Source: an uncultured archaeon (GTDB taxonomy: Archaea > Asgardarchaeota > Lokiarchaeia > Sigyniarchaeales > SOKP01). Taken from it: a DNA stretch of 40,566 nt. The notes below the pieces were generated by a model. It did no database searches. It was given only the letters and a program-made list of their open reading frames with translations, and was not told the origin of the DNA. Where the stretch lies: NCBI GenBank assembly GCA_964447495.1, contig CAYUTF010000022.1, positions 1 through 40,566 on the forward strand, written 5' to 3'. Each line of letters opens with the position of its first letter. The stretch's first letter is position 1. Positions 1-9,918 of this stretch are shown here, piece by piece. The translations under genes and the position numbers were made by a program.

Positions 1-2452
1 TCGGTCGAATACGCTTAGAATTTCTTTTATTTATGGGTAAACCATATATTTCACAGAAACCTGTTATTTTTCTCATTCCTAATAAACCTTTCACAAATGT
101 AGATTTACCTGCCCCACTCTCTCCCAAGATTCCTAATATCTCTCCATGTTTTATATTCATGGAAACAGTATCAACAATTAGTTTACTACCAGCAAACACG
201 CTTAAATTCTCGCAATTAATCGCTGGAAAATTCTGAAGATACGAAGGGGAAAGCTTACTTCCTATTCCCAACCTAAGTCTTATTCTCTGAGGTATTGAAA
301 GCCTTTGATAAAGTTTATATAAAATAAATAATACAAGACATCCTGCTTCAATATATAGAATATAGGTAAGAAGCTGATTCCAAGGTTTAAAATCAAACGA
401 TTGTTCATATCGTAATTCTTCCACAATAATAATACCATAGGGAGTATTTCTTAAATCACCACCGAATCCCGGGTTATCTCCAATTCCCCCCGTACTTAGA
501 CTAATACATTCTTTAAACCACAATAATGCTTCTTGAATATTTTCAGGTTGATAGCGATAATCATATAATGCTTTTGATGCTAGATATGAGAAAAGGAAAG
601 TAGAAGGTAACTCAAGATACATACTTATTACGGGTAATAAAGCAAAGCTTCCATCATCACTTTGACTGTTTTTTAAAAATTCAATTGCTGCAATTTTTGA
701 AATAGGTTCTGTATTGAATATTTCATTAAAGATTTCCAGACCATAATAAGTTGAAATGACGTCACTGTAAAAACCAACAACAATAGAAAATCCACCATCT
801 GCATTTTGACAGGTTCTTAGCCAATGGGTTAGATTATTGTTATTAATATAGTCAATAGATTCTAGATTTTTTAGAGAAATTAGTGCCCAATAAGTAGATT
901 CAATTGTCGAAACATTCGTATTTACTAAGTTTAGAAAAACACCATAATATGGTCCAAAAAGAGATAGAAGATAATCTAAATCGTTTCCAACTCGAAAGCC
1001 TCCATCGTCATTTTGAAGACTAATTAGAAATCGAGACAGATCAATAATTTGAGAAGGTGAAAACCACTTTTCAGATAAGGGAAAAAGCATACGATAGAGA
1101 TTGATTGCGCAATAAGTTGAGAAAAGAGTAGCATTCAATCCTGGCTGAGATCCATAACCTCCTTCGTATGAATTATAGCATAAATCTACAAATTTTAAAA
1201 TATTATCTCTTTGGATTTTTTGAGTAAACCCTTCTAAATTATACTCATTTAATCCTAATATACCAAAATAATTAGATTCAATCGTAATTTCACCAAATAA
1301 TGAATTAATTGCCTGAAATTGATGAGTCCAATTATAGTAGTTGGATCGATAGAAGTTAAAATTGAATGGTACTGTAGGAAAGGTTTTTTCTAGAATATCT
1401 AATGATTTCATAGCAGCCCATCCTGAATTAATATCGGATTCAATGTTTATATCTGGCGTTAATCCAAAACCACCATCAGGGCTGCTACAGTTTGCAATGA
1501 AATTTAAAGTATTTGTTTCATTAAAAAGGGGCAGGATTGGAAGGTTTAGAATGTCAATTGAAGCTAATGAATAATAGGTAGAAAGAATATCAGAGGTTTG
1601 CCCAAGGGCAGATGAAAATCCGCCATCCAAATTATAAAGTGAATTAAAATAAGTCCCCAATGCTAATTTATCAAAAATAGAATAACTCATGTTCATACTT
1701 AAGAAAGCTTGAATACCAAAATATGTAGTTTCCGCGGTTTGAACAAAAGAATTATTTGTTAAAAAATAGCCACTGCCAGACCAAGTTGAATTTATGAAAT
1801 TAGAGATATTAGTATTAAGTAGAATATTACCTAATCGTAATTGATATGCAGTATTAATTGCACTGAAGGTTGAGACAATATCTGAGGCGTTTAATAAGGG
1901 AATCGCTTTAAAACCCCACCCTCCACCATTTAATACGGTTAATAAATATTCAATGATCTTCTGAGTTTCATTATGAGCAATTTTCTCTTCAAGATATGTC
2001 TTGTTAGCCAAAAAAATTGTCGATATTGCTTGATAAGTAGATTCTGTATTTCCTAACCCTCCTATGTCTGAATAAGACCCTTCAGAATTTTGTTTCTCAA
2101 ATATGTAGTCAAAAAAAAACCAAGGATTTGCCATTTTTATTTGCACTTCCTTTAAGTAACTTGGGTTTATAATATCTGGAGAGATGATTTCTGCTAAGGA
2201 AAAATTTATTGAATCTATTACCCTAAAATTTGTTTCGATACTGGGTTCAACAAAAAGACCTAAGTCATTTTGGTGAGTTTTGGTGAATTTAACAGCATTT
2301 AATTTAACAAATTCTACGTCTTTCTCACTAATATACGAGATAAACCTAGTATTAACCAAAATGAGAGTGATAATAGGTGTTCCTATTAAAAGGAAAAATA
2401 TTAGCGCATATTTTAATCGATGTTTACTTTTCCTATTTAATTTTATTATTTT
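1..2452 (-). CDS. Membrane-anchored prenyltransferase/squalene-oxidase-repeat (alpha-alpha barrel) protein fused to a C-terminal ABC ATPase domain; 3' end runs off the window
   Basis: Not in the ORF track because it has no stop in the window. I translated it by hand and it is open from 2452 to 2. It has an N-terminal hydrophobic segment (YALIFFLLIGTPIITLILV), repeated Q/CxxDGGF-type motifs (QNSEGSY, YNLDGGF, CSSPDGGFG, QNDDGGF, CQNADGGF, SQSDDGSF), a TM helix (LLTYILYIEAGCLVLLFLY) and then Walker A GESGAGKST at about 98-124. Start codon uncertain. Confidence 0.85.
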
Positions 2453-3502
2453 TCAACACCTTCATTAGATATGAGTTCTTTTCTTTCTTCTTCTTGAATT
2501 CTAATCTGGAAAAATCTTCTAAAACTTGCTAAGTCTCTACTCATAGAATTTACGTTAATCCCCTTTTCTAGCATAAACTGTATTAATTTGGGTAAATTTT
2601 CCTCAAACGACTCCATTAGCACTTCTATTACTTCATTCCCTACTCTTAATACTTTTTTTATTGATGAGAATTCTTTTATTTGGTCAATTTTTGCTTCATT
2701 TAATTTGGTTATTTCAAATCTGGCTACCAATCCTTCACTCGGTAAGGAATTTATTAAATTTTGCGGTGAATCAAATTCTAACATACGGCCTTCCCTCAAA
2801 ATCGCCGTTTTATCACAGATTAAAGCCGCCTCTAAATCGTGAGTGATAATAAACATGGTGGTATTTAGTTTTTGATTCAATTTTTTTAAATAACTTAGAA
2901 TATCATATCTCTTAGACGCATCCACGCCTAAAACTCTATCAGTTTAAATAACTTAATAGTGTAGTCGGCTCGTCTAAGAATAGTACACTTGGTTTATGTA
3001 TAAGTCCAATTGCCATAGATAATCGCTTCTTTTCTCCTCCACTCATGTGCTTTACTTTTTTATTCCAAACATCTTCGGGAATATCTAATATTTTAAACAA
3101 CTCTATAGCTATCTCTCTAGCCTCCTCCTTTGATAAGCCATAGGTAGATGTGAAGACTTCTACGTTAACTAATGGACTGAGATCAAAGTATAAGTTTAAT
3201 AATTCGAGCTGGGGGACGTATCCGATATTGCTTAGTATTCTTGGATGGTTTTTTTTATTAGCAGGTGATAAACCAGTTACTTTTACATCACCATTCCAAT
3301 TTTTCTTTTCTATTTGGCATGTAAGAACACGAACAATTGTAGTTTTACCCGCTCCAGAAATGCCAAACAAGCCAATAATCTCCCCTTCATTCACCGTAAA
3401 TGAAACATTATGTACTATATGATTTTTATCAAATTTAACATTTAAATTGTTTACTTCTACCATTGGTTTATTTAATTTAACACTTTTGTTCATTAGCGCC
3501 AT
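2446..3502 (-). CDS. ABC-2-type exporter ATP-binding protein, 341 aa after removal of a 31-nt intron; join(complement 3502..2961, 2929..2446)
   Basis: ORF 2939-3502 has Walker A GISGAGKTT, signature MSGGEKKR and Walker B LFLDEPTT, then diverges into LLSYLN*. ORF 2446-2925 continues VDASKRYDIL...FIITHD (H-loop). Removing 2930-2960 gives the continuous consensus FLDEPTTGVDAS. Confidence 0.88.
2930..2960 (-). other. Predicted 31-nt BHB (tRNA-endonuclease-type) intron in an mRNA
   Basis: Pre-mRNA: GCC|GACU|AC^A|CUAUU-A-AGUU-AUUUA-AACU-GAUAG|AGUU|UU^A|GGC. It has a 4-bp central helix GACU:AGUU, two 3-nt bulges (ACA, UUA), an exon stem GCC:GGC, and a 9-bp exon-exon inverted repeat (2910-2918 / 2971-2979). 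Confidence 0.85.
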
Positions 3503-3793
3503 AAGCTTTCTGTAATTTTATTCTTATAGTATATATAGATTATTTTCTTTTAATAATATAGTTTCAATGGATCAATTTTTAAAATATAAATTATAAAGTA
3601 GAAATACTATGAAAGATAACTTCTTTCCAACATCATTCAGTACTCGCTTAGCTAAAAATCCAATAGATTTTTTATAATTTTCGCTTCCCTAATCAGTATC
3701 GCAAATTAATAAATAAAAAAAAAATATAAAATTTTTTAATAAAGGTAGTTTTGTTTTTCTGAAAAGTAATTGAATTAATGAAAAAAGGATTTT

Positions 3794-4591
3794 TTATTTT
3801 ACTTCCATTGTATTAAAAGATCTTGCTCCCAATAAAATAAGAATTGTCCCAAAAGCACCTACAATTAAAAAATCTAACCAAATTGGGAAAAAAGAGGCTC
3901 CTACTAATACCGCTCTGAAAAGATCTACACTATAAGTAAAAGGATTGAACATCGCGACTATACCTAAAGGTCCGCTTATAACATAAAACGCCCCTGATAC
4001 CAAAAACATAGGCATGACGATAAATGTTTGTATTAAACCAAAGGATTGAAAATCTCTCATTCGAGTGCTAATTGTAAGGCCCAATCCTACAATACCTATG
4101 CTTGCTAATAATGCTACTGGAAGAATCAAAATAATTTTCAATATTAAGATAAGATTATATCCAAAATATCCGAAAATCACGCCCAATATGACAATAATAA
4201 ATACTTGTATTAATGTTTGTAAAGCAACGCCTAAAGTTTTTCCCAACATTAATGTTCGTCTGCTGACTGGAGCAACAATTAATTCTTTCATAAATCCAAA
4301 CATCTTATCTCTCATTACTCCCATACCACCAAAAATTCCGGTAAACAGAATAACTATAGCAGCTATTCCTGAAGCGGCATAAGCTCTAGGATCAACAGAT
4401 ACTCCATTTATGAGTACTGATGAACTTGATGTTTGAAGAGCGGAGCTAAAGACAAACAAAAAGAGTATGCCTTGAACTATTGATGAAATTAATCTAGTCT
4501 TATTCCGCCAAAATTCATAAATTTCTCTTCGAGCTAATATCCATATGGCCTCAAAATTCAAACCAGTTTTTATAACATTCAAATCTGACAT
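3794..4591 (-). CDS. ABC-2 transporter permease (DrrB-like)
   Basis: Six hydrophobic segments, with RDKMFGFMKELIVAPVSR, PMFLVSGAF and NPFTYSVD motifs typical of ABC-2 permeases. Adjacent to an ATPase. Confidence 0.9.
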   Translation of the reverse strand: MSDLNVIKTGLNFEAIWILARREIYEFWRNKTRLISSIVQGILFLFVFSSALQTSSSSVLINGVSVDPRAYAASGIAAIVILFTGIFGGMGVMRDKMFGFMKELIVAPVSRRTLMLGKTLGVALQTLIQVFIIVILGVIFGYFGYNLILILKIILILPVALLASIGIVGLGLTISTRMRDFQSFGLIQTFIVMPMFLVSGAFYVISGPLGIVAMFNPFTYSVDLFRAVLVGASFFPIWLDFLIVGAFGTILILLGARSFNTMEVK

Positions 4592-4596
4592 TTATA

Positions 4597-5922
4597 TCAC
4601 TTCGTTAATTGCCTCATTTGTATACGGTTTTTTATATCTTTGGTAGTGTTGGAGGTTTCTTCTCTAATTTCAGATCCAACAAAATGTAAAAAAACATCTT
4701 CTAATTTTGGTTCATGGACATTCACAGTTTTTATTGTTAGATTACTTTCATCGACTTTTCTAATGACATCTGAAAGACATGTACCTCCATGTTCACACGA
4801 AATTGAGATTTCTGTTTCAGAATCCTTTTGATCCTCTGAAATTTCTCCTTTTTTAATTTTTATGATCTCTTGTTTAATTCCATCGGGTACTTGATCGAGC
4901 AGGTCGTCAGTAAAAAGATCAGCTATCCTCTTTTTTACCTCAAAAGGAGCATTTAGAAGCATTTGTGATGCCATTGGAAATCGCTTTAATGCAGTTAATA
5001 GCTTTTTCGGATCGGACATCATATCCCTCATTTGAGCCTTAATCATTTCAGGATTAATATTTGGCATATTTTTCGGAAGATTTAAATTCGTAAACATGGC
5101 ATCACTACTTGCCATTGAATGTCCAAATGAAATGTTCTTAATACTTGATAGTTCTCTAATTTGCGAAACAAAATCCATGATTTTCATTCTATCGTCAATA
5201 TTATCAAATTTTATGTCAATTATATCCCCAGAAATTTGTTTTTTAAGATTATCGGATGTATCTAAAGCAATAATTTTTCCATGATCCATAATACAAATCC
5301 TATCTGCTAATTCGTCTGCTTCTTCCATATAATGGGTCGTTATTAAAATTGTTATACCTAAATCACGATTCAATTCCCTAATTTTTTCCCATATCTTATG
5401 TCTGGTCTGAGGATCCAATCCTAAAGTTGGTTCATCAAGAAACAGCATTTTTGGCGATTGTAATAACCCCCGAGCTATTTCTAATCTTCTTTTCATTCCT
5501 CCGGAATAATTTTTTACAAATGTATCTGCTTTATCTTGTAAATCTACTAAATTAAGTACTTCATTAATCTTTTCTTTCCTTTGCGATTTTGGCATCTTAT
5601 ATAAAATAGCATGAAGTTCTAAATTTTCCTGCCCTTTCATTTCACCATCTAAGGATGGCTCTTGAAAAACAATCCCTATACTTTTTCGGACTTGACCAGG
5701 ATCTTTTTGAACATCAAATGAATTTATTGTTGCTGTTCCCTTTGTGGGATTTAAAATTGTGGATAATATAGAAATAGTAGTGGTTTTTCCCGCACCATTT
5801 GGTCCTAAAAGTGCAAAAATTTCACCTTTTCTTATTTCAAAACTAATATCATCAACAGCTAGAACATTACCTTGTTCATATATCTTAGTTAAGCCCTTTA
5901 CTTCAACTATATTTTCTGACAA
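4597..5922 (-). CDS. ABC-2 transporter ATP-binding protein (DrrA-like) with an approximately 100-aa Met/Pro-rich insertion in the C-terminal domain
   Basis: GPNGAGKTT, YSGGMKRRLE, LFLDEPTLGLDPQ, TTHYMEEAD and C-terminal PKLEDVFL. Confidence 0.93.
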   Translation of the reverse strand: MSENIVEVKGLTKIYEQGNVLAVDDISFEIRKGEIFALLGPNGAGKTTTISILSTILNPTKGTATINSFDVQKDPGQVRKSIGIVFQEPSLDGEMKGQENLELHAILYKMPKSQRKEKINEVLNLVDLQDKADTFVKNYSGGMKRRLEIARGLLQSPKMLFLDEPTLGLDPQTRHKIWEKIRELNRDLGITILITTHYMEEADELADRICIMDHGKIIALDTSDNLKKQISGDIIDIKFDNIDDRMKIMDFVSQIRELSSIKNISFGHSMASSDAMFTNLNLPKNMPNINPEMIKAQMRDMMSDPKKLLTALKRFPMASQMLLNAPFEVKKRIADLFTDDLLDQVPDGIKQEIIKIKKGEISEDQKDSETEISISCEHGGTCLSDVIRKVDESNLTIKTVNVHEPKLEDVFLHFVGSEIREETSNTTKDIKNRIQMRQLTK

Positions 5923-6293
5923 TTTATATATTACCTTCCTATTTTACTAAATTTTAATTTTAAAAAGTTATTTTTTTTAGATTTACTATTTATTTAATCA
6001 TAAATACTATATTATTAGACGATTTCTCTGAATTATTAAAAGTATTTTCGATGTTAAGGATCAGTCTTGAATGATCTCTAAGAAAAAATAAATAATCTGT
6101 TAATAATTTAAAAATAAGATACTGAGTTAAACATTTTGTTTATAAAAATTAAATTATTAAAATAAAGCCCCAAAGACACATAAATAATGCTTTTTTAAAA
6201 ACATCGAAATATATCTCAAGAACTAGTTGTGATCATTTATATTATCAATAGTTGCCATCGTTTCTGTGAATTCTGTTAGCATTTGAATATTTA

Positions 6294-7523
6294 CTATACC
6301 TCGTATTTTCTTCTTTTAAATATAATAAATGATATTAAAACTAGAACAGTACTAAGTAGTAATAACGCAAAGAAGTCAAATCCAAAAACCGATTTCCCTT
6401 TCGTAATAATTCCTCTAATCATAGGATCACCATGAGATAATGGTAGAATATATGCAATAATTTGTAAATACACCGGCATAGCATCAATTGGAATAAAAAT
6501 TCCACTGAGCAATAAGATTACTATAAACACGGCAAAAAACAACTGATTTGCCTCTGTTTTTGTTTTGCTTTGGGTACTAATGAAAATACCCATTGATAAT
6601 CCAGTAAACCCTATGCTAAATAATGCAATAAATAAATCGAATACACTTCCAGCAAGATAGAGGCGACAAATTAGAGTGCTAATGATTAGTAAGATAACTT
6701 GAAATATAAGTATAAGCGTATAAGTAAAATATTTAGACAAAAGGATTTCACTCCGCTTTGCTGGGGTTAATAATAATCGGGCAACAGGTTTCTCTTGCAC
6801 AACGACTAATATGGTGAGCACCATCGATACTCCAAAGACGATAAATGATAGAGTTAGGGTAATATTATAGTTGAATCGCAAATTATATCCTTCAGGTATA
6901 GAAAATTCTTCGTAACCAGTAAGTTCAAATTGAGGGGTCAAATTGTTATCATTCACAAATATTTTAATTGAATCAAAAACAGCATTCAAGGTGTCCTGAA
7001 TACTTTGTATATCTGAAGCATCTGGAACACAATCTATCAATCCTGGTAAACCTAATGTTATGAATTCCGAAAAGGCGACAGGTATGGCTATAATAACTTT
7101 AATCTCACTTGATATTAACATTAACCTTGCAGTTTCCATGGCATAAATCTCCTCTGTGGCATTATAGAAATGAAGTATATTCAAATATTCTGATTTATTA
7201 ACCGCGTTAATATATGGGAGGGTATAATCATCTCGCACTGATCCATTTAATATGCTATCATCAATATATACGTTCGAATCATAGGAAATGACAACACAAT
7301 CTATAGGTTGTAGTTCATCGGGAATGGCATTCATCATGAATCCAAATAAAAATATAATTAATGGTGGAACGACGATCGCAAGCAACATATTAAATTTATC
7401 AGTCCATAATAACAAAAATTCTTTTTTCATCTGACGTATGATTCTAAAGAGACTGCCCCGAATGTTATTAATATGAAATTTTCCTTCTTTACCATTTGAT
7501 TTTCTATTTTCACTTTCCCTCAT
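6294..7523 (-). CDS. ABC-2 transporter permease with large extracellular loop
   Basis: N-terminal TM, about 150-aa extracellular domain, then five TMs with RLLLTP, LSGIFIP and LPLSH motifs. Confidence 0.88.
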   Translation of the reverse strand: MRESENRKSNGKEGKFHINNIRGSLFRIIRQMKKEFLLLWTDKFNMLLAIVVPPLIIFLFGFMMNAIPDELQPIDCVVISYDSNVYIDDSILNGSVRDDYTLPYINAVNKSEYLNILHFYNATEEIYAMETARLMLISSEIKVIIAIPVAFSEFITLGLPGLIDCVPDASDIQSIQDTLNAVFDSIKIFVNDNNLTPQFELTGYEEFSIPEGYNLRFNYNITLTLSFIVFGVSMVLTILVVVQEKPVARLLLTPAKRSEILLSKYFTYTLILIFQVILLIISTLICRLYLAGSVFDLFIALFSIGFTGLSMGIFISTQSKTKTEANQLFFAVFIVILLLSGIFIPIDAMPVYLQIIAYILPLSHGDPMIRGIITKGKSVFGFDFFALLLLSTVLVLISFIIFKRRKYEV

Positions 7524-7527
7524 CGTT

Positions 7528-8682
7528 TTATACCTCTAATTTTTTAAATTTATAAATAATATATGCTAAAACGACGAAGATTAGCGAATTTAAATTTAGA
7601 AATAAAATATGATTTAAACTCATCGGTAGACCTTTTAAAGTGATATCTGTAATTAGAGGAATGGCATGACTTAATGGTAGGATATTTATTATATATTGCA
7701 TTGCAGGGGAAATTAACTCTGGCGGTAAAAAATTCCCTGAAAACAACACTATTACAATAAACATAATTAAATACATTTGATTAGCGCTTTGTTCTGTTGG
7801 GCTTAACGCAGAAATAAATAATCCTATACATATACCACAAAACCCAATCATCACTAAAGCTAGATAAAAATAAAACAATGATCCTAAACTATATAATCCA
7901 AAAAATGAAGTCATAATAAAGATTTCAGTCGATTGGAGAAACATAATTACAGAATTAGCAATTAATTTGCTCAAAATGATCTCTCTTTTTGTTGTTGGAG
8001 TAATTAGCATTCTTGGAAGTGGACCTTCTGATACGATTGAAAGAGAAGTCAAATTCATCGTGGTACCAAGAATAATTATGGGTAATATCAATGGTAAGGC
8101 ATAATTCAATAACTGTGATTCCCAAAAAGGGACATCAAATTCGAGATAAGGAACCATGATAGAAAAATTTGCAATTAAATCCGCTTCCGCTCTAAACAGT
8201 CCTATTGGTTCTTGAAGTGCTACCTCAACTGCGCTTACCGCGCTTAAATCTGAACCATCTATATAATAAAACAATACGGGATTTACCTTTTTTTCAACTG
8301 ATTCAGAAAAATTTTCCGGTAAAACAATGAAAATATCAACCTTTTCATCCTTTAAGAAATTATAGCATTTTAGATAGGCCGTATTATATTCTACTTCATT
8401 TGTACTATTAAAATATTGATGAAGATCCCACGCGGTACTATTATTGTCCATTATTGAGATAAAAATCTCATCATATTGAGATGAATTTGAAGGAAAATCA
8501 CCATAAGTGGGCATATCATCACGTGTGATGATTGCAGCAGTAAAAAATTTAGTTGGGCCTACTCCTGTTGTAAGACCAAATATAACGATTAAGATTATGG
8601 GTATTAAGAATAATAAAATTAGAGTTCTTCTATCAGATCTAATTCTCCCAAATTCTTTTTTTATTAACCCACCTAAACTCAT
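7528..8682 (-). CDS. ABC-2 transporter permease with large extracellular loop (paralogue of 6294-7523)
   Basis: LIKKEFGRIRSDRRTL start, RMLITP, FSGNFLP and LPLSH motifs; N-glycosylation-like sequons in the loop. Confidence 0.88.
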   Translation of the reverse strand: MSLGGLIKKEFGRIRSDRRTLILLFLIPIILIVIFGLTTGVGPTKFFTAAIITRDDMPTYGDFPSNSSQYDEIFISIMDNNSTAWDLHQYFNSTNEVEYNTAYLKCYNFLKDEKVDIFIVLPENFSESVEKKVNPVLFYYIDGSDLSAVSAVEVALQEPIGLFRAEADLIANFSIMVPYLEFDVPFWESQLLNYALPLILPIIILGTTMNLTSLSIVSEGPLPRMLITPTTKREIILSKLIANSVIMFLQSTEIFIMTSFFGLYSLGSLFYFYLALVMIGFCGICIGLFISALSPTEQSANQMYLIMFIVIVLFSGNFLPPELISPAMQYIINILPLSHAIPLITDITLKGLPMSLNHILFLNLNSLIFVVLAYIIYKFKKLEV

Positions 8683-8735
8683 TTAATTAAATTATTAAGA
8701 TTTCATTCTTAAAAATTTATTGGCGTATTAGCCAT

Positions 8736-9233
8736 CTATTTCAAATTTTTAGAGACATGTTTAGGAAGAATCTCTCTTTGAATGTCAAGAATTTGACTAT
8801 TATTTAAATGTTCTTTTCGTCTCATATCCTCTTCTATAAACTTCTGAAAAAGTTCATTATCATCAGTAATAAATTCCCAGAATTCTTCATATATTTCTTT
8901 TAAGGACATAGTTTTACGATTTTGCTGTAAAGTTACGGCAACAGCTGCTGAATTTTCGCGATTATCATTATTTAACGATTTTAACTCAATTTCTTTTTGA
9001 TTAGGAGTTTTCTTATCACATAATTCAAAATCTACTTTTTGAAATCCCCGAACAACGTAATTTTTATCAATAAAAAGTTGAAAATGATGATTGCAAATCT
9101 TTCCTTTTGGAATAGAGATCGTAGTAAGTTGTTTGGATTTATCTATAATTGATATTGGAATTTCTATAATTTCTTTAGCTTTGCATACCGGACAAGCTAT
9201 ACATATTTTCTTTAATTTATGAAGTATTTCCAT
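8736..9233 (-). CDS. Hypothetical protein with N-terminal Zn-binding domain (CPVC...CNHHF), of a type common in Lokiarchaeia
   Basis: 165-aa ORF with the CxxC...ISIPKGKICxHxFQLFIDKN...RGFQKVDF pattern. Confidence 0.7.
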   Translation of the reverse strand: MEILHKLKKICIACPVCKAKEIIEIPISIIDKSKQLTTISIPKGKICNHHFQLFIDKNYVVRGFQKVDFELCDKKTPNQKEIELKSLNNDNRENSAAVAVTLQQNRKTMSLKEIYEEFWEFITDDNELFQKFIEEDMRRKEHLNNSQILDIQREILPKHVSKNLK

Positions 9234-9402
9234 ATTGTTCTCAAAAAAATAATATCGTTATATTATTAGAGTATTTGATATTTTTGATTTAAATTCCAAC
9301 ATTTTTATAACCCAAAAACTGGACTCCAATTTTTTTTTAATTTACCCTTATCATTTCTTATTTAGAATTAAAAAATATTAATTAATGATAAGGTGGTAAA
9401 AA

Positions 9403-9918
9403 ATGGCAGATTGGAATGGTATTGCGGATCAAGCATTATTATATTGGCAAGAATTTGTTGCATGGTTCCTTAATATTCCTATTTATGGACAAATGTTAGT
9501 TATTTTTGGTGCTGTAGCGATTCTAGTTCTTACAGGCGTTTTAGTATATTATATACTTAAAGGTGTCGCATATCTGGTTTATTATATATTAAAAGGGGTC
9601 TATTTGCTTTTGAAAGGAATTCTATTAGGAATATACAAACTATTCGAAGAACTATATTATGGAATTTCGGGAAAACCAAAACCAATTAAACAACAAAAGA
9701 AAGTTGAGGTTAGTAATGAGTCCATTGAAGAGCCTCAAAAAGAAAGATCTATAGAACCTGAATTGCTGATGATTAATCCCAATGCTTCCTATTGTAGTGA
9801 ATGCGGAAATCAATTTACAGAAAAAATGCTTCAACAATTATCTGAAAATGGAGTAGTATTTTGTGTGAACTGTGGAAAAGGTTACAAAACTAATCTGATT
9901 GTTGTTGAAAATTATTAA
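9403..9918 (+). CDS. Membrane protein with C-terminal zinc ribbon
   Basis: Hydrophobic N-terminal half with repeated LVYYILKGV; C-terminal CSECG...CVNCG; GGTG Shine-Dalgarno-like sequence upstream; T-run after the stop. Confidence 0.75.
   Translation: MADWNGIADQALLYWQEFVAWFLNIPIYGQMLVIFGAVAILVLTGVLVYYILKGVAYLVYYILKGVYLLLKGILLGIYKLFEELYYGISGKPKPIKQQKKVEVSNESIEEPQKERSIEPELLMINPNASYCSECGNQFTEKMLQQLSENGVVFCVNCGKGYKTNLIVVENY

Noticed and set aside
33-2468. Short plus-strand ORFs (33-236, 1362-1574, 2280-2468) and similar antisense ORFs throughout the track
   Set aside because: They are shadow frames opposite well-supported genes and have no motifs.
2930-2960. Ribosomal bypassing or simple pseudogenisation as the explanation for the 31-nt inserts (also 33576-33606)
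   Set aside because: There are no matched take-off and landing codons (ACA/TTA; ATA/ATG). Random insertions would not give two equal-length inserts with locus-specific BHB pairing and exact frame restoration.
2915-2972. K-turn-like geometry next to BHB A (GGC-GUG-GA opposite GA-GCC)
   Set aside because: The matching GA is absent at locus B and this pairing competes with the 9-bp exon helix, so it is not supportable.
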